A DNA stretch of 42,892 bases from Methanosarcinales archaeon (GTDB taxonomy: Archaea; Halobacteriota; Methanosarcinia; Methanosarcinales; Methanogasteraceae): positions 1 through 42,892 of the forward strand of contig JAGGRW010000191.1 in assembly GCA_021159385.1 (NCBI GenBank). The letters run 5' to 3'. The translations under genes were made by a program, and so were the position numbers. This document shows, piece by piece, positions 29,251-38,300 of this stretch (its first letter is position 1; each line of letters starts with the position of its first letter). Below the pieces are notes generated by a model. The model was not told where the DNA came from. It made no database searches and saw only the letters and a list, made by a program, of their open reading frames with translations.

Positions 29251-29502
29251 ATGACGAAACTAACGTTAAATATCCCTCCCGGGCTTGAAACCCGCATGGG
29301 ACTTCTGATTGAGGGGGGATTATACTACACGAAGGATGAACTCATTGCAGATGCGGTTCGGAGGTTGCTTGCAGTTGAACTTGAAACACTTGTTCAGCAC
29401 AAATATTACTGGAACAAGTTAACAGCAGAGCGTGATGTTGAGGTAACAGAGGACGAGTTGGACCGATTGATCCACGAAATCCGCGCTGAGATGATCGATT
29501 GA
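29251..29502 (+). CDS. Ribbon-helix-helix antitoxin (VapB-like)
   Basis: MTKLTLNIP...GLYYTKDELIADAVRRLL; overlaps the PIN gene start. Confidence 0.8.
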   Translation: MTKLTLNIPPGLETRMGLLIEGGLYYTKDELIADAVRRLLAVELETLVQHKYYWNKLTAERDVEVTEDELDRLIHEIRAEMID

Positions 29503-29945
29503 AACGGGTGTATCTGGACACCAATGTGCTTGTTATGGGCATTCTGAAGCATGAATCAAATTCAAGACGAGTGCTCGAATTGACAAACCGTGGAGAGATC
29601 CACGCCATTATATGTGATTACAGCATCGAGGAGCTTAAGAGAGTTCTCCGACGGCTGCTTCCACGTAAAGAAGCCAATTATAGGTTATATCTGTTCATAA
29701 AGTACGCAGCATCAAATCCGTTCATAAAAATTGTGAAATACCAATACTACGAGCACAGAGAAGACCATTTCAAAGAATATATTGTCAAAAAAGATTTGCC
29801 GCATCTGATTGTTGCGATTGAAACGAAAACAGATGCAATTATTGTGAAGGACAGGCATTTCACCGGTCAAAAGTTGATCCGCGTCATGACTCCACGCGAG
29901 TTCCTGCGAGAGCTGGGTAAAGATATGTTTGAAGGCGATTTGTGA
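29499..29945 (+). CDS. PIN-domain toxin (VapC-like)
   Basis: VYLDTNVL, IEELKRVL, KDLPHL, IVKDRHF and MTPREFL. Confidence 0.88.
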   Translation: MKRVYLDTNVLVMGILKHESNSRRVLELTNRGEIHAIICDYSIEELKRVLRRLLPRKEANYRLYLFIKYAASNPFIKIVKYQYYEHREDHFKEYIVKKDLPHLIVAIETKTDAIIVKDRHFTGQKLIRVMTPREFLRELGKDMFEGDL

Positions 29946-29970
29946 GACTTTATGGGTTGATTTTTTGTTT

Positions 29971-30027
29971 AAATAATTCTTAAAGGTTGTTGAGACCCAT
30001 AAGTTGCTGGAGGAAGAAGATGTATAA
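29971..30027 (+). pseudogene. C-terminal remnant of a HicA toxin
   Basis: Reads K*FLKVVETHKLLEEEDV* and overlaps the HicB start. Resembles the HicA C-terminus (..VKQFLK..), with the Gln codon replaced by TAA. Confidence 0.5.
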
Positions 30028-30286
30028 GTACGCAATAGAGATATTCTATAGTGAGGAGGATGAAGGCTACGTTGCAATAGTTCCGGAGTTGGCAGGTTGC
30101 TCAAGCTTCGGAAATACCGAGGAGGCGGCGTTAAAGGAGATTATGACTGCGATAGAGCTCTGGTTGCAAGCTGCCGGAAAGGAGGGGAGGGAGATCCCAC
30201 AACCAGTGGGGAAACCGCTATTGCGAGCGATCGTTGGTGGGGACATCGCGGTTCACCATGCACGCCCACAAGTGGCTGTCGTATAA
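30020..30286 (+). CDS. HicB-family antitoxin (orphan)
   Basis: YSEEDEGYVAIVPELAGCSSFGNTEEAALKE...WL...GREIPQP. Confidence 0.88.
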   Translation: MYKYAIEIFYSEEDEGYVAIVPELAGCSSFGNTEEAALKEIMTAIELWLQAAGKEGREIPQPVGKPLLRAIVGGDIAVHHARPQVAVV

Positions 30287-30348
30287 CCGAAGTGTACCCC
30301 GCTTCGCGTGCACGCAACAGGCGAGGGTGGTTCGCGATTTCTGCAGAG

Positions 30349-30399
30349 CCCGCCGCCGGTTCGGTGCTGATGCGGACGTGCGCGATGGCGGGCGGCGGG
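30349..30399. repeat. GC-rich 47 bp dispersed repeat/hairpin, copy 1
   Basis: 30349-30395 matches 33983-34029 at 45 of 47 positions, with a partial copy at 31231-31251. cccgccgcc (30349-30357) pairs with ggcggcggg (30391-30399). Confidence 0.85.
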
Positions 30400-30459
30400 C
30401 GGGAACATAAGATTATAATCAATCAAGTACCAACCCCCACATCAAGAGGTGAGGTATAA

Positions 30460-30726
30460 TTGACAACCGTTACCGTGAGTTTCAAAGGTGCTCAAGAGAA
30501 GATCCTTGAGGAGATGCTAGATCTGGGCATAGTTAGAACCAAAACCGAAGCCATTCGCGTAGCTATGTTGAACTTCGCTCTCACCAGTGGACTGATGTCG
30601 AAAGAGAAGATTCTTGGGGCGATTCACAAACAGGCAAAATCCATTCGCGTGAACGAGGCTGATCTTCAAGGAATGATAGAACGTGCCAAAGAGGAACAGG
30701 GCTCTCCACGCTTGCACAATGTTTGA
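30460..30726 (+). CDS. Ribbon-helix-helix antitoxin-like protein (no cognate toxin)
   Basis: TVTVSFKG...GIVRTKTEAIRVAM. TTG start after gaggtgagg. Confidence 0.7.
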   Translation: MTTVTVSFKGAQEKILEEMLDLGIVRTKTEAIRVAMLNFALTSGLMSKEKILGAIHKQAKSIRVNEADLQGMIERAKEEQGSPRLHNV

Positions 30727-30753
30727 ATTTGACAAATAAGTAGGTGAATAAAA

Positions 30754-30966
30754 ATGCAGACGTTTACGGCAGTATTACATAAAGAAGAGGATATGTATGT
30801 GGCAGAGTGTTCAGAAGTTGGCACAGTCAGTCAGGGGAAGACCATAGAGGAGGCTATAAACAATCTTAAAGAGGCTACTGAGCTTTATCTGGATGAGTTT
30901 CCGTTAAAGGAAGAAAGAAAAACGCTGATGACAACATTTGAGGTGGCAGCCAGTGCCAAAGCTTAG
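30754..30966 (+). CDS. HicB-family antitoxin
   Basis: YVAECSEVGTVSQGKTIEEAINNLKEATELYL. Confidence 0.88.
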   Translation: MQTFTAVLHKEEDMYVAECSEVGTVSQGKTIEEAINNLKEATELYLDEFPLKEERKTLMTTFEVAASAKA

Positions 30967-31183
30967 GAAAGTTTCAGGAGAAAAGGTGATCAGAATTCTC
31001 TGTAACAAAATGGGGTTTCGGATTAGTGGTAGAACCGGTAGCCATGTCAGATTATCGAAGACGACTTCCGGGGGAAGAATAGGAACTGTTGTCCCTATGC
31101 ATGGAGAGCTAAAGATAGGGACGCTGAAAGGAGTTCTAAAATTAGCAATGGTTGATGAAGATGAATTTTCAAAGTATTTATGA
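30953..31183 (+). CDS. HicA-family toxin
   Basis: GTG start MPKLRKVSG, GF..GSHV and VPMHGELKIGTLKGVL. Confidence 0.88.
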   Translation: MPKLRKVSGEKVIRILCNKMGFRISGRTGSHVRLSKTTSGGRIGTVVPMHGELKIGTLKGVLKLAMVDEDEFSKYL

Positions 31184-31370
31184 CGTGCTGAACTCTCACA
31201 ATACTCCCGGATTGTTTGGTGCAAACGCAAGCGATGGCGGGCGGGCGGCAGATGCGCATGTGGGGCGGCGGGTGGTGGGAACGTGGTATCCGATGACATG
31301 CGAGGAAGGATAAACTCCCAGAAATTAAGCGTAATATTTATGCAGCATCAACAGATATTAGTATACAATG

Positions 31371-31547
31371 GATGGACTTGTTGCGGATGCTGTTCGGAGA
31401 TTGCCAGAGAGGCTCGAACTTGCAACACTTGTTCAGCCGCACAAATACTACTGGAACAGGTTAACAGCAGAGCGCGATATTGAGGTAACAGAGGTCGAAT
31501 TGGACCGATTAATTCATGAAATCCGCGCAGAGATGGTGAAGTGAAAC
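31371..31547 (+). pseudogene. Degenerate 5'-truncated copy of the RHH antitoxin gene at 29251-29502
   Basis: Nucleotide match to 29335-29505 (acacttgttcag..cacaaata.tactggaaca.gttaacagcagagcg.gat.ttgaggtaacagagg), ending at the toxin start codon (gtgaaac). Confidence 0.85.
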
Positions 31548-31561
31548 AAACGCGATCGATC

Positions 31562-31614
31562 GTTCAACCAGATGGATATGTATACGAAGTAGGTTCGGAT
31601 ATACTGCGTTAGGC
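31562..31614 (+). other. attC-like recombination site (degenerate)
   Basis: GTTCAAC (RYYYAAC) at 31562, an internal gtata-cgaa...ttcg-ga-tatac stem, and GTTAGGC (GTTRRRY) at 31608. An RBS and ATG follow. Confidence 0.55.
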
Positions 31615-31638
31615 GAAATGCGTAGGAGGTATTGAGAT

Positions 31639-32547
31639 ATGTCAATTATAATTGATGGAGAACGAGGAAAAAAGGTGGCGGAACTCCTCTATACTTCATT
31701 CTCTACTAACGGTATTCATGGAAGAACAGATATGCCTGAAGACATAACGCCCAATGGTGTAGTAAGAGGCTCTCTTGACCATATACTCTTTATAACCCTC
31801 ACAGTTTCTATTGACTACCAACGAGATGCCCCATCGTTATGGGCGAGTTCAAGAAAAACATTTGACGATCCAGAAACGAGATACTTATTTGATCCAAAAC
31901 TACTCTATGAAACTCCTTCCGACAAGATTATTGAAAATATGCAAAAGTATGGGCTATCTAAGAAACCTCAAAAAGATGCTTATATTTGGCGAACAGTTGG
32001 TGTTACTTTTTATAAAAAATGGGAAAGCAATCCCTGTAACTTCCTTAAAAACTGCAACTGGGATTCATCACTCATTTTAAAACGCCTAAAAAACGATACT
32101 CACCTATATAACGGAAGATCATTACCGGATTATCCGTACCTCCGTGGTCCTAAGATTGGGCCATTATGGTTGAGGATGCTTAGAGACAATGTAGGCATAA
32201 CACAATTGAGAAATTTGGAGAAGGTTCCTATCCCTGTAGATATACATGTAGCAAGAGCTACATTAGCTACTGGGATTGTTAGAGGGCAGTTCAGAGGTAA
32301 ATTAGATGAAGTGTTTGAATATATACGAAAAGCTTGGTTTGAGAGTGTAAAAGGACTTAGCATTAAGAACAGAGAGGTGATAGCGTTGGACGTGGACGAG
32401 CCTCTTTGGCATCTTTCTAAGTACGGTTGTGCAATGCGAGATAAGACGACTGGCAACTGTCCACTTTATCATAGATGTGAAGCAAAAGAGTTTTGCGTTC
32501 AAGGAATGGTTAAAATAGAAGGTAATATTGTGGAGTTGGACTCATGA
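31639..32547 (+). CDS. HhH-GPD superfamily DNA glycosylase-like protein with C-terminal 4-Cys (Fe-S) motif
   Basis: LRGPKIG (HhH Lys), PIPVDIHVAR (catalytic Asp) and LWHLSKYGC-x9-C-x5-C-x5-C. Confidence 0.7.
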   Translation: MSIIIDGERGKKVAELLYTSFSTNGIHGRTDMPEDITPNGVVRGSLDHILFITLTVSIDYQRDAPSLWASSRKTFDDPETRYLFDPKLLYETPSDKIIENMQKYGLSKKPQKDAYIWRTVGVTFYKKWESNPCNFLKNCNWDSSLILKRLKNDTHLYNGRSLPDYPYLRGPKIGPLWLRMLRDNVGITQLRNLEKVPIPVDIHVARATLATGIVRGQFRGKLDEVFEYIRKAWFESVKGLSIKNREVIALDVDEPLWHLSKYGCAMRDKTTGNCPLYHRCEAKEFCVQGMVKIEGNIVELDS

Positions 32548-33005
32548 AAACATTATGTATAGTTCCTTGTGGGAATAGGAAGATATGGAATAAAAAACCA
32601 AATGCAGGACCTACCCAAGCAAGAGATGTATATACCGGACTGTTCGCTAAAAAGTGTAGAGAATATGCAGAGAAATTTTACCGAACCTCTTGGTGTATTC
32701 TATCTATTCTATCTGCAAAATATGGATTTCTATTTCCAGACGAAATTGTCCAAGGTCCTTATAATGTAAGTTTTAATGACAAAAGCACAAATCCAATCTC
32801 TCTAAGTGAACTCTCTAATCAAATAATAGAGAAAAAATTGAATAAGTTTGATAGAATTGTGGTTTTGGGTGGAAGAAATTATGTAAATATGATAAAGGCA
32901 GTGTTTCACCAAAAGGAAATTCATACGCCATTAACTGATTGCCAAGGAATTGGATATATGATGGGAAAGCTTAACGACTCTATTCAAAGAGGAGTTCCGC
33001 TATGA
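32544..33005 (+). CDS. DUF6884-like protein
   Basis: IVPCGNRK..ARDVYTG.F..ILSAKYGFL..PYN..LGG..Y..GIGYMM; ATGA overlap with the upstream gene. Confidence 0.7.
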   Translation: MKTLCIVPCGNRKIWNKKPNAGPTQARDVYTGLFAKKCREYAEKFYRTSWCILSILSAKYGFLFPDEIVQGPYNVSFNDKSTNPISLSELSNQIIEKKLNKFDRIVVLGGRNYVNMIKAVFHQKEIHTPLTDCQGIGYMMGKLNDSIQRGVPL

Positions 33006-33018
33006 CCTACGCACTATC

Positions 33019-33106
33019 ACCTAACAGAGCGTATCTGGCTACGGGGCTTCGCACCTCCGCCCAAATTCCCCTTCGGGAAACTTCAGATACGCTCGGAACG
33101 TTGTGC
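33019..33106 (+). other. attC-like recombination site (complete, 88 bp)
   Basis: ACCTAAC at 33019, perfect arms gagcgtatctg (33027-33037) and cagatacgctc (33084-33094), inner TTCG hairpins, and GTTGTGC at 33100. Confidence 0.8.
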
Positions 33107-33133
33107 GAAAGCACACCATAACGAGGTGTTGAA

Positions 33134-33905
33134 ATGAAGATAAATTGGATAATTGAGGAAAAAGATATTTGCCATATAAAAAAAATTCGTTGATTCTCAA
33201 AGTGGCAAATCGTTTGTAAAAAAAAGGATTGTGAGAAATGTAGAAGGGGCCATTCCTGACTTTAATAGAGATATATTCTGGAAGGAAATGATTTCTTGCC
33301 TTTTAACAACTCAACAGCGTTCAGGTCCTGAAAGTTCCGTAACTCGGTTTATTTGCACTGATCCGTTTCCTTTAAATTTAAATGAATGTAAGAACAAAAG
33401 CAATCTTAAAGAATTTGTAGAAGATACAATTACCAATTTTGGAGGCCTGTGGCGTGCAAAGACGATAGGAGACGCGGTTCTTTGCAATTTTAAATGGCTT
33501 AAATACGGTGGCTGGCAGGAAATTGAAGCGGCTGCAGAAAGGCTTGTAGAACCAAGGAGGCGAAGTCCCCGATTCGATGACAAATTCATTGAAAGAGAAG
33601 CCGCAAAGGTTGCAATTGATAAACTCAAAGGGTTTGGCCCAAAACAGTCGAGAAATTTATGGCAATCGTTGGGGCTTACAAGATTTGAGATACCAGTCGA
33701 TAGCAGAATTACAAAATGGTTTAATAAAAATGGTTTCCCTGTTAGGCTTTCAGCAGGTGCGTTGTCTGATGAAAACTATTACAACTTTGTAATGGATGGT
33801 ATACAACAAGCTTGTAAGGCAAGCGAGGTTTATCCTTGCGTTTTGGATGCGGCAATCTTTGCAAGTTTTGATCAGGAATGGCCTGAAGATAAATTGATTT
33901 GGTGA
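33134..33905 (+). pseudogene. HhH/OGG2-like glycosylase-fold protein with a +1 frameshift in an A8 tract
   Basis: gaggtg RBS and ATG at 33134 (MKINWIIEEKDICHIKK). The A8 run at 33178-33185 shifts the frame relative to 33231-33905, which contains CLLTTQQ, LKGFGPKQSRN, IPVDSRI and LDAAIF. Confidence 0.7.
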
Positions 33906-33982
33906 AATGAGTGGTGTGCCATCATATAACACAACACATACGCTGCGGGCTTACGCCTTGCGCTTCGTGACCCTCCGCAAAC

Positions 33983-34029
33983 CCCGCCGCCGGTTCGGTG
34001 CTGATGCGGATATGCGCGATGGCGGGCGG
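33983..34029. repeat. GC-rich 47 bp dispersed repeat, copy 2 (truncates a third attC-like site starting ATATAAC at 33924)
   Basis: 45 of 47 positions identical to 30349-30395. Confidence 0.85.
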
Positions 34030-34119
34030 GGCGGCAGGGGTTGGAAATTTTCGATGAGAAAAGTCCGAAAGCGTTATAATCTATCCTATACGAAGAATGG
34101 ACAGAAAGGAGTGAATAGA

Positions 34120-34350
34120 ATGACCCCGAGAAAGAGTGAAATACCGATCGAAATGAAAGAAATGGATGAATTAGAACAAATGATCGAAGAAAAACTGGAA
34201 AAAGTTGATCTTATGCAAGCAGTCCATAGAGCAAGATTGAGAAGTGCGAGATTGCTGAATGAACAGGGAATATCCACGCTTGCTTTGATCATCTCAAAAA
34301 CTTTGATAGATGTAATCGAACATCCGGAAAAGATGGAGATGCTGGCTTAA
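34120..34350 (+). CDS. Putative antitoxin upstream of a PIN pseudogene
   Basis: 76 aa helical protein after ggagtga; its stop abuts the PIN start. Function inferred from position only. Confidence 0.55.
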   Translation: MTPRKSEIPIEMKEMDELEQMIEEKLEKVDLMQAVHRARLRSARLLNEQGISTLALIISKTLIDVIEHPEKMEMLA

Positions 34351-34795
34351 ATGAAGGTATACATGGATACCTCTGTGCTGGCGGTTCCCACACACTTCAA
34401 GAATATAGAATTGGATCAATATAAATCTGTTTCCAAATTGGTTGGGGTGTGCAAGAGTAAAGGTAATAGAGATCGTTATATCCTTCTATGCTTTGCACGA
34501 ACTGTTTTTACTATCCTTTGATTACTTCGATGAAAAAACAGCCAGAACAATCGGCAAGACGTCCGTAACAGAGATTTTGAACATCTAGGGTGTGGAATTG
34601 ATAGAACTGCTTTCACGGAAGAACAGACTGTTGTATCAGGAGCAATTCAATATGAACGACCGAACCGATATTCCACATGCTATCTCTGCATTCGTGGAGG
34701 GGTGTGATAGTATAATCACATACGACACTCATTTTGATCAGATCTCCCATCTGATAAACGTATCAACGCCAGAAAGTTTTATAGATTCGATTTGA
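34351..34795 (+). pseudogene. PIN-domain toxin pseudogene
   Basis: MKVYMDTSVL start, a frameshift near 34465, an in-frame TAG at 34586-34588, then DIPHAISA..CDSIITYDTHF..STPESF. Confidence 0.85.
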
Positions 34796-34910
34796 TAGAA
34801 CTCGTAGGATGCGAAGTATCTGAGGCAGATGGGGGACCGTGTTGGGATAACGCCCGTAGATGCAATTGCGCTTGCAAATTATCGGTAACAGCCGCCCATT
34901 CGGCACAGAC

Positions 34911-35194
34911 GCGGGCGATTACGCGAACCGGCGGCAGGTACGTCGAAAGTTCGACCGGTAGGACGGTCTGGAGTTGTGTCGGGTGCGACAATCATCCACG
35001 AGCACGAGGTTGCGTGTGAGGTGCTCGACGGGCTGATGGCGCTTGAGCCCGGAGAGGATGTTTTGTCGGTGTTTCGGGATGTGATCGTTCCGCGTCTGCG
35101 CGATCGCGATGCTGGTACTGATGCCGGTACCGACGCCGACGCCGGGTGATGCAAACCGCGCAACTTTGGGACTCGCGTCGTTTCGCGATCGCTG
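34911..35194 (+). repeat. Right copy of ~280 bp direct repeat (pseudogenised 3' end of the Cys-rich gene)
   Basis: Aligns to 28878-29157 with substitutions and small indels (e.g. tgcgaca vs tgcacg). Confidence 0.95.
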
Positions 35195-35314
35195 ATCCGG
35201 CATCGGCGTGGGCTGGCTGTCGATTCGGTTGAGAGCAGGTTTTATATAGTTTGTGAGTTTTATTGTGTTATGATGCTGCTTTGTTTGCGCATCACGACAA
35301 GGAGGAACAATAAT

Positions 35315-38300
35315 ATGAATGGATGCATAAAATACGTGAGTGTACTGATTATGTTGATGGCGTTTATAACAGTCAGCGCAGCCGACGAGCCACCCGAACT
35401 TATATCATGTGACATATATCCAGCCCCGCCAGTTGAGCAGGGTACCCACATATCGATTGACTGTCTGTTCTCTGAGATCGTAGGCTATGAAATCCGCATC
35501 GAGAATGCTACAGGTCTGGTCAAAAAGATCGATAACGGCAATGCAATGGATCCAGAGAAGGCGTGGTGGAACACAACCACTGGAACCTCCGCTGGGACCT
35601 ATACCGTAAACGTGACCATGGACAATTCCACATCGGGATCGTCCTCGTATAACGATACACATACCATCGAGGTCACTGCCGCAGCCGCTGAGCCACCTAA
35701 ACTTATATCATGTGACATATATCCAGCCCCGCCAGTTGAGCAGGGTACCCACATATCGATTGACTGTCTGTTCTCTGAGATCGTAGGCTATGAAATCCGC
35801 ATCGAGAATGCTACAGGTCTGGTCAAAAAGATCGATAACGGCAATGCAATGGATCCAGAGAAGGCGTGGTGGAACACAACCACTGGAACCTCCGCTGGGA
35901 CCTATACCGTAAACGTGACCATGGACAATTCCACATCGGGATCGTCCTCGTATAACGATACACATACCATCGAGGTCACTGCCGCAGCCGCTGAGCCACC
36001 TAAACTTATATCATGTGACATATATCCAGCCCCGCCAGTTGAGCAGGGTACCCACATATCGATTGACTGTCTGTTCTCTGAGATCGTAGGCTATGAAATC
36101 CGCATCGAGAATGCTACAGGTCTGGTCAAAAAGATCGATAACGGCAATGCAATGGATCCAGAGAAGGCGTGGTGGAACACAACCACGGGAACCTCCGCTG
36201 GGACCTATAACGTAAACGTGACCATGGACAATTCCACATCGGGATTGTCATCGCATAACAGTACGAACACCATCGAGGTCACTACTGCCACAGGCGACAC
36301 CACAGCACCAACCGTAACAGGTCACACACCGACCGATGGCAAAACAGACGTTCCGATATCGACAGCGATAAGCGTAACGTTCAGCGAGGCGATGAATAAG
36401 ACATCTGTGAAAAATGCGTTCACTATCGATCCTGATGTTGGTGGATCGTTTGACTGGAATGATGATGATACAATAACCTTCACTCCAGATGATGACCTTG
36501 CGTATGATGCAACATACAACGTGACTATTGAAACGGAAGCAAAAGATCTGGCAGGCAACAATCTGGATAATCCTATCAGCTGGGGCTTTACCACAGAATC
36601 ATTAGGACACTCCACCGGCTTCCGAATCTGGGATGCAAACAGGAAACCCCCCATGGATCTCAACTACACATGGGATGCCCGCAGTTTCACCGGATTCTAT
36701 TATGATCTCGATGATGATACCAGCACAGAAACACTGACCATTCATCTGGACAGTGACGATGATCGAACCATCGAAGAGGGCCATCTCGAGTATGTCACCG
36801 AAGCAGCCGATATCGACTTTGAATGCAATGAGTGGGGCAAATACAAAGTGATCGGTTTCATGGCAGAGAAGTATTTCGCAGGATATGGCGACAAAACCGA
36901 TGATAAGATAACATCCGATACCATAAGCCTCGTCTCAAAGGATATGCTGAGCAAGGTTCTGATCGATGAAGACGAGAAACATACGATCTCAACGGGTGCA
37001 TCGCTCGAACTGAAGGAAGACTACGAGTTAAAGATCATACAACTCGACATCGATGGAGGTCAAGCGCAGATCGAACTGATGAAGAACGGAAAGAGCGTTG
37101 ACACTGATATCGTGAGATCGCCAGACACGTATGTGTACACGAAAGATCTCGGAAAACTGGATGATGTCCCACTTGTTGCGGTCAACATCAACAGCGTCTT
37201 TGCTGGCACAGAGTCGGATATGCTTGTAATCGAAGGAATCTTCCAGATATCAGATGATACAATCTCTGTAGATACCGGTGACGACTACGGCGATATGGAG
37301 ATCAAGTCTTCTTCAGGTTATAAGATCAAGATGGAAAACACCGATGACATCGATCTCGAAGAGGATGAAATCGTTGATATCATGGGGAACATCAAGTTCC
37401 TCGTTGCTGACAATAGCACTCTTCGATTTGCACTCTACGAAGATATAACCTCAGAGCCGGGCACGCATGACATTCGTGGAACGGTCTACAATACCACAGA
37501 GAAGCCAACATGGGATCACATGAACTTCGAAGGTTTCTACTATGACATCGATGATGACCTCGGCACCGAAGAATTGCGTGTTGAAAACATCGGCAACACT
37601 ATCGATGAAGGCAATCTCGTCTACACAACAAAACCTGAACCGGTCGGATTTGATCTCGACAGATGGGGATCTTACGAGGTTATCGGTTTCATGGCAGAGA
37701 AGTACTTTGCAGGATATGGCAGTGGAACCAAGAAGGAGCTAACATCCGATACCATCAGCCTCATCGCAAAGGATATGCTGAGCAAGGTCTTGGTCGATGT
37801 CGAGGATGACCGCATGATCTCCACAGGCGCGTCGCTCCCATTGTACGAGGGTTACGAGTTAAAGATCATACAGCTCGATACCGACGGAGGTCAAGCACAG
37901 CTAGAACTGCTGAAGAACGGAAAGAGTGTTGACACTGATATCGTGAAATCACCGGACACGTATGTGTACAAGAAAGATCTCGGAAAACTGGATGATGTCC
38001 CTATAATTGCGATCCGCATCGGCAACGTCTTTGCTGGCACAGAGACGGATATGGTTACAATCGAGGGCGCATTCCAGATATCAGACGACCCTATCTCTGT
38101 AGACACAGGTGACGAATACGGCGAGATGGAGATCACAACCGCCTCATCCGGTGGAATCACGATGAAGAACAAAGAGAACGATATCGATCTCGAAGGCGAC
38201 GAGACCATCATGATAACGGATACTATCGGCTTCAAGGTCTCAGACGACGAAGACCGGTACTACCTCTTTGTCAGACGGACGGTCGGCTCACTCGACTCGC

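Larger units (their letters stand above)
29158..34910. mobile_element. Direct-repeat-flanked accessory island of TA modules and integron-like cassettes (no integrase or transposase inside)
   Basis: AT-richer DNA between two copies of a ~280 bp repeat. All genes are on the + strand, with multiple TA genes, pseudogenes and attC-like sites. Confidence 0.7.

Noticed and set aside
34586..34588. In-frame TAG in the PIN gene as pyrrolysine readthrough
   Set aside because: The same gene also has a frameshift near 34465 and is not a known Pyl protein family; decay is the simpler explanation.
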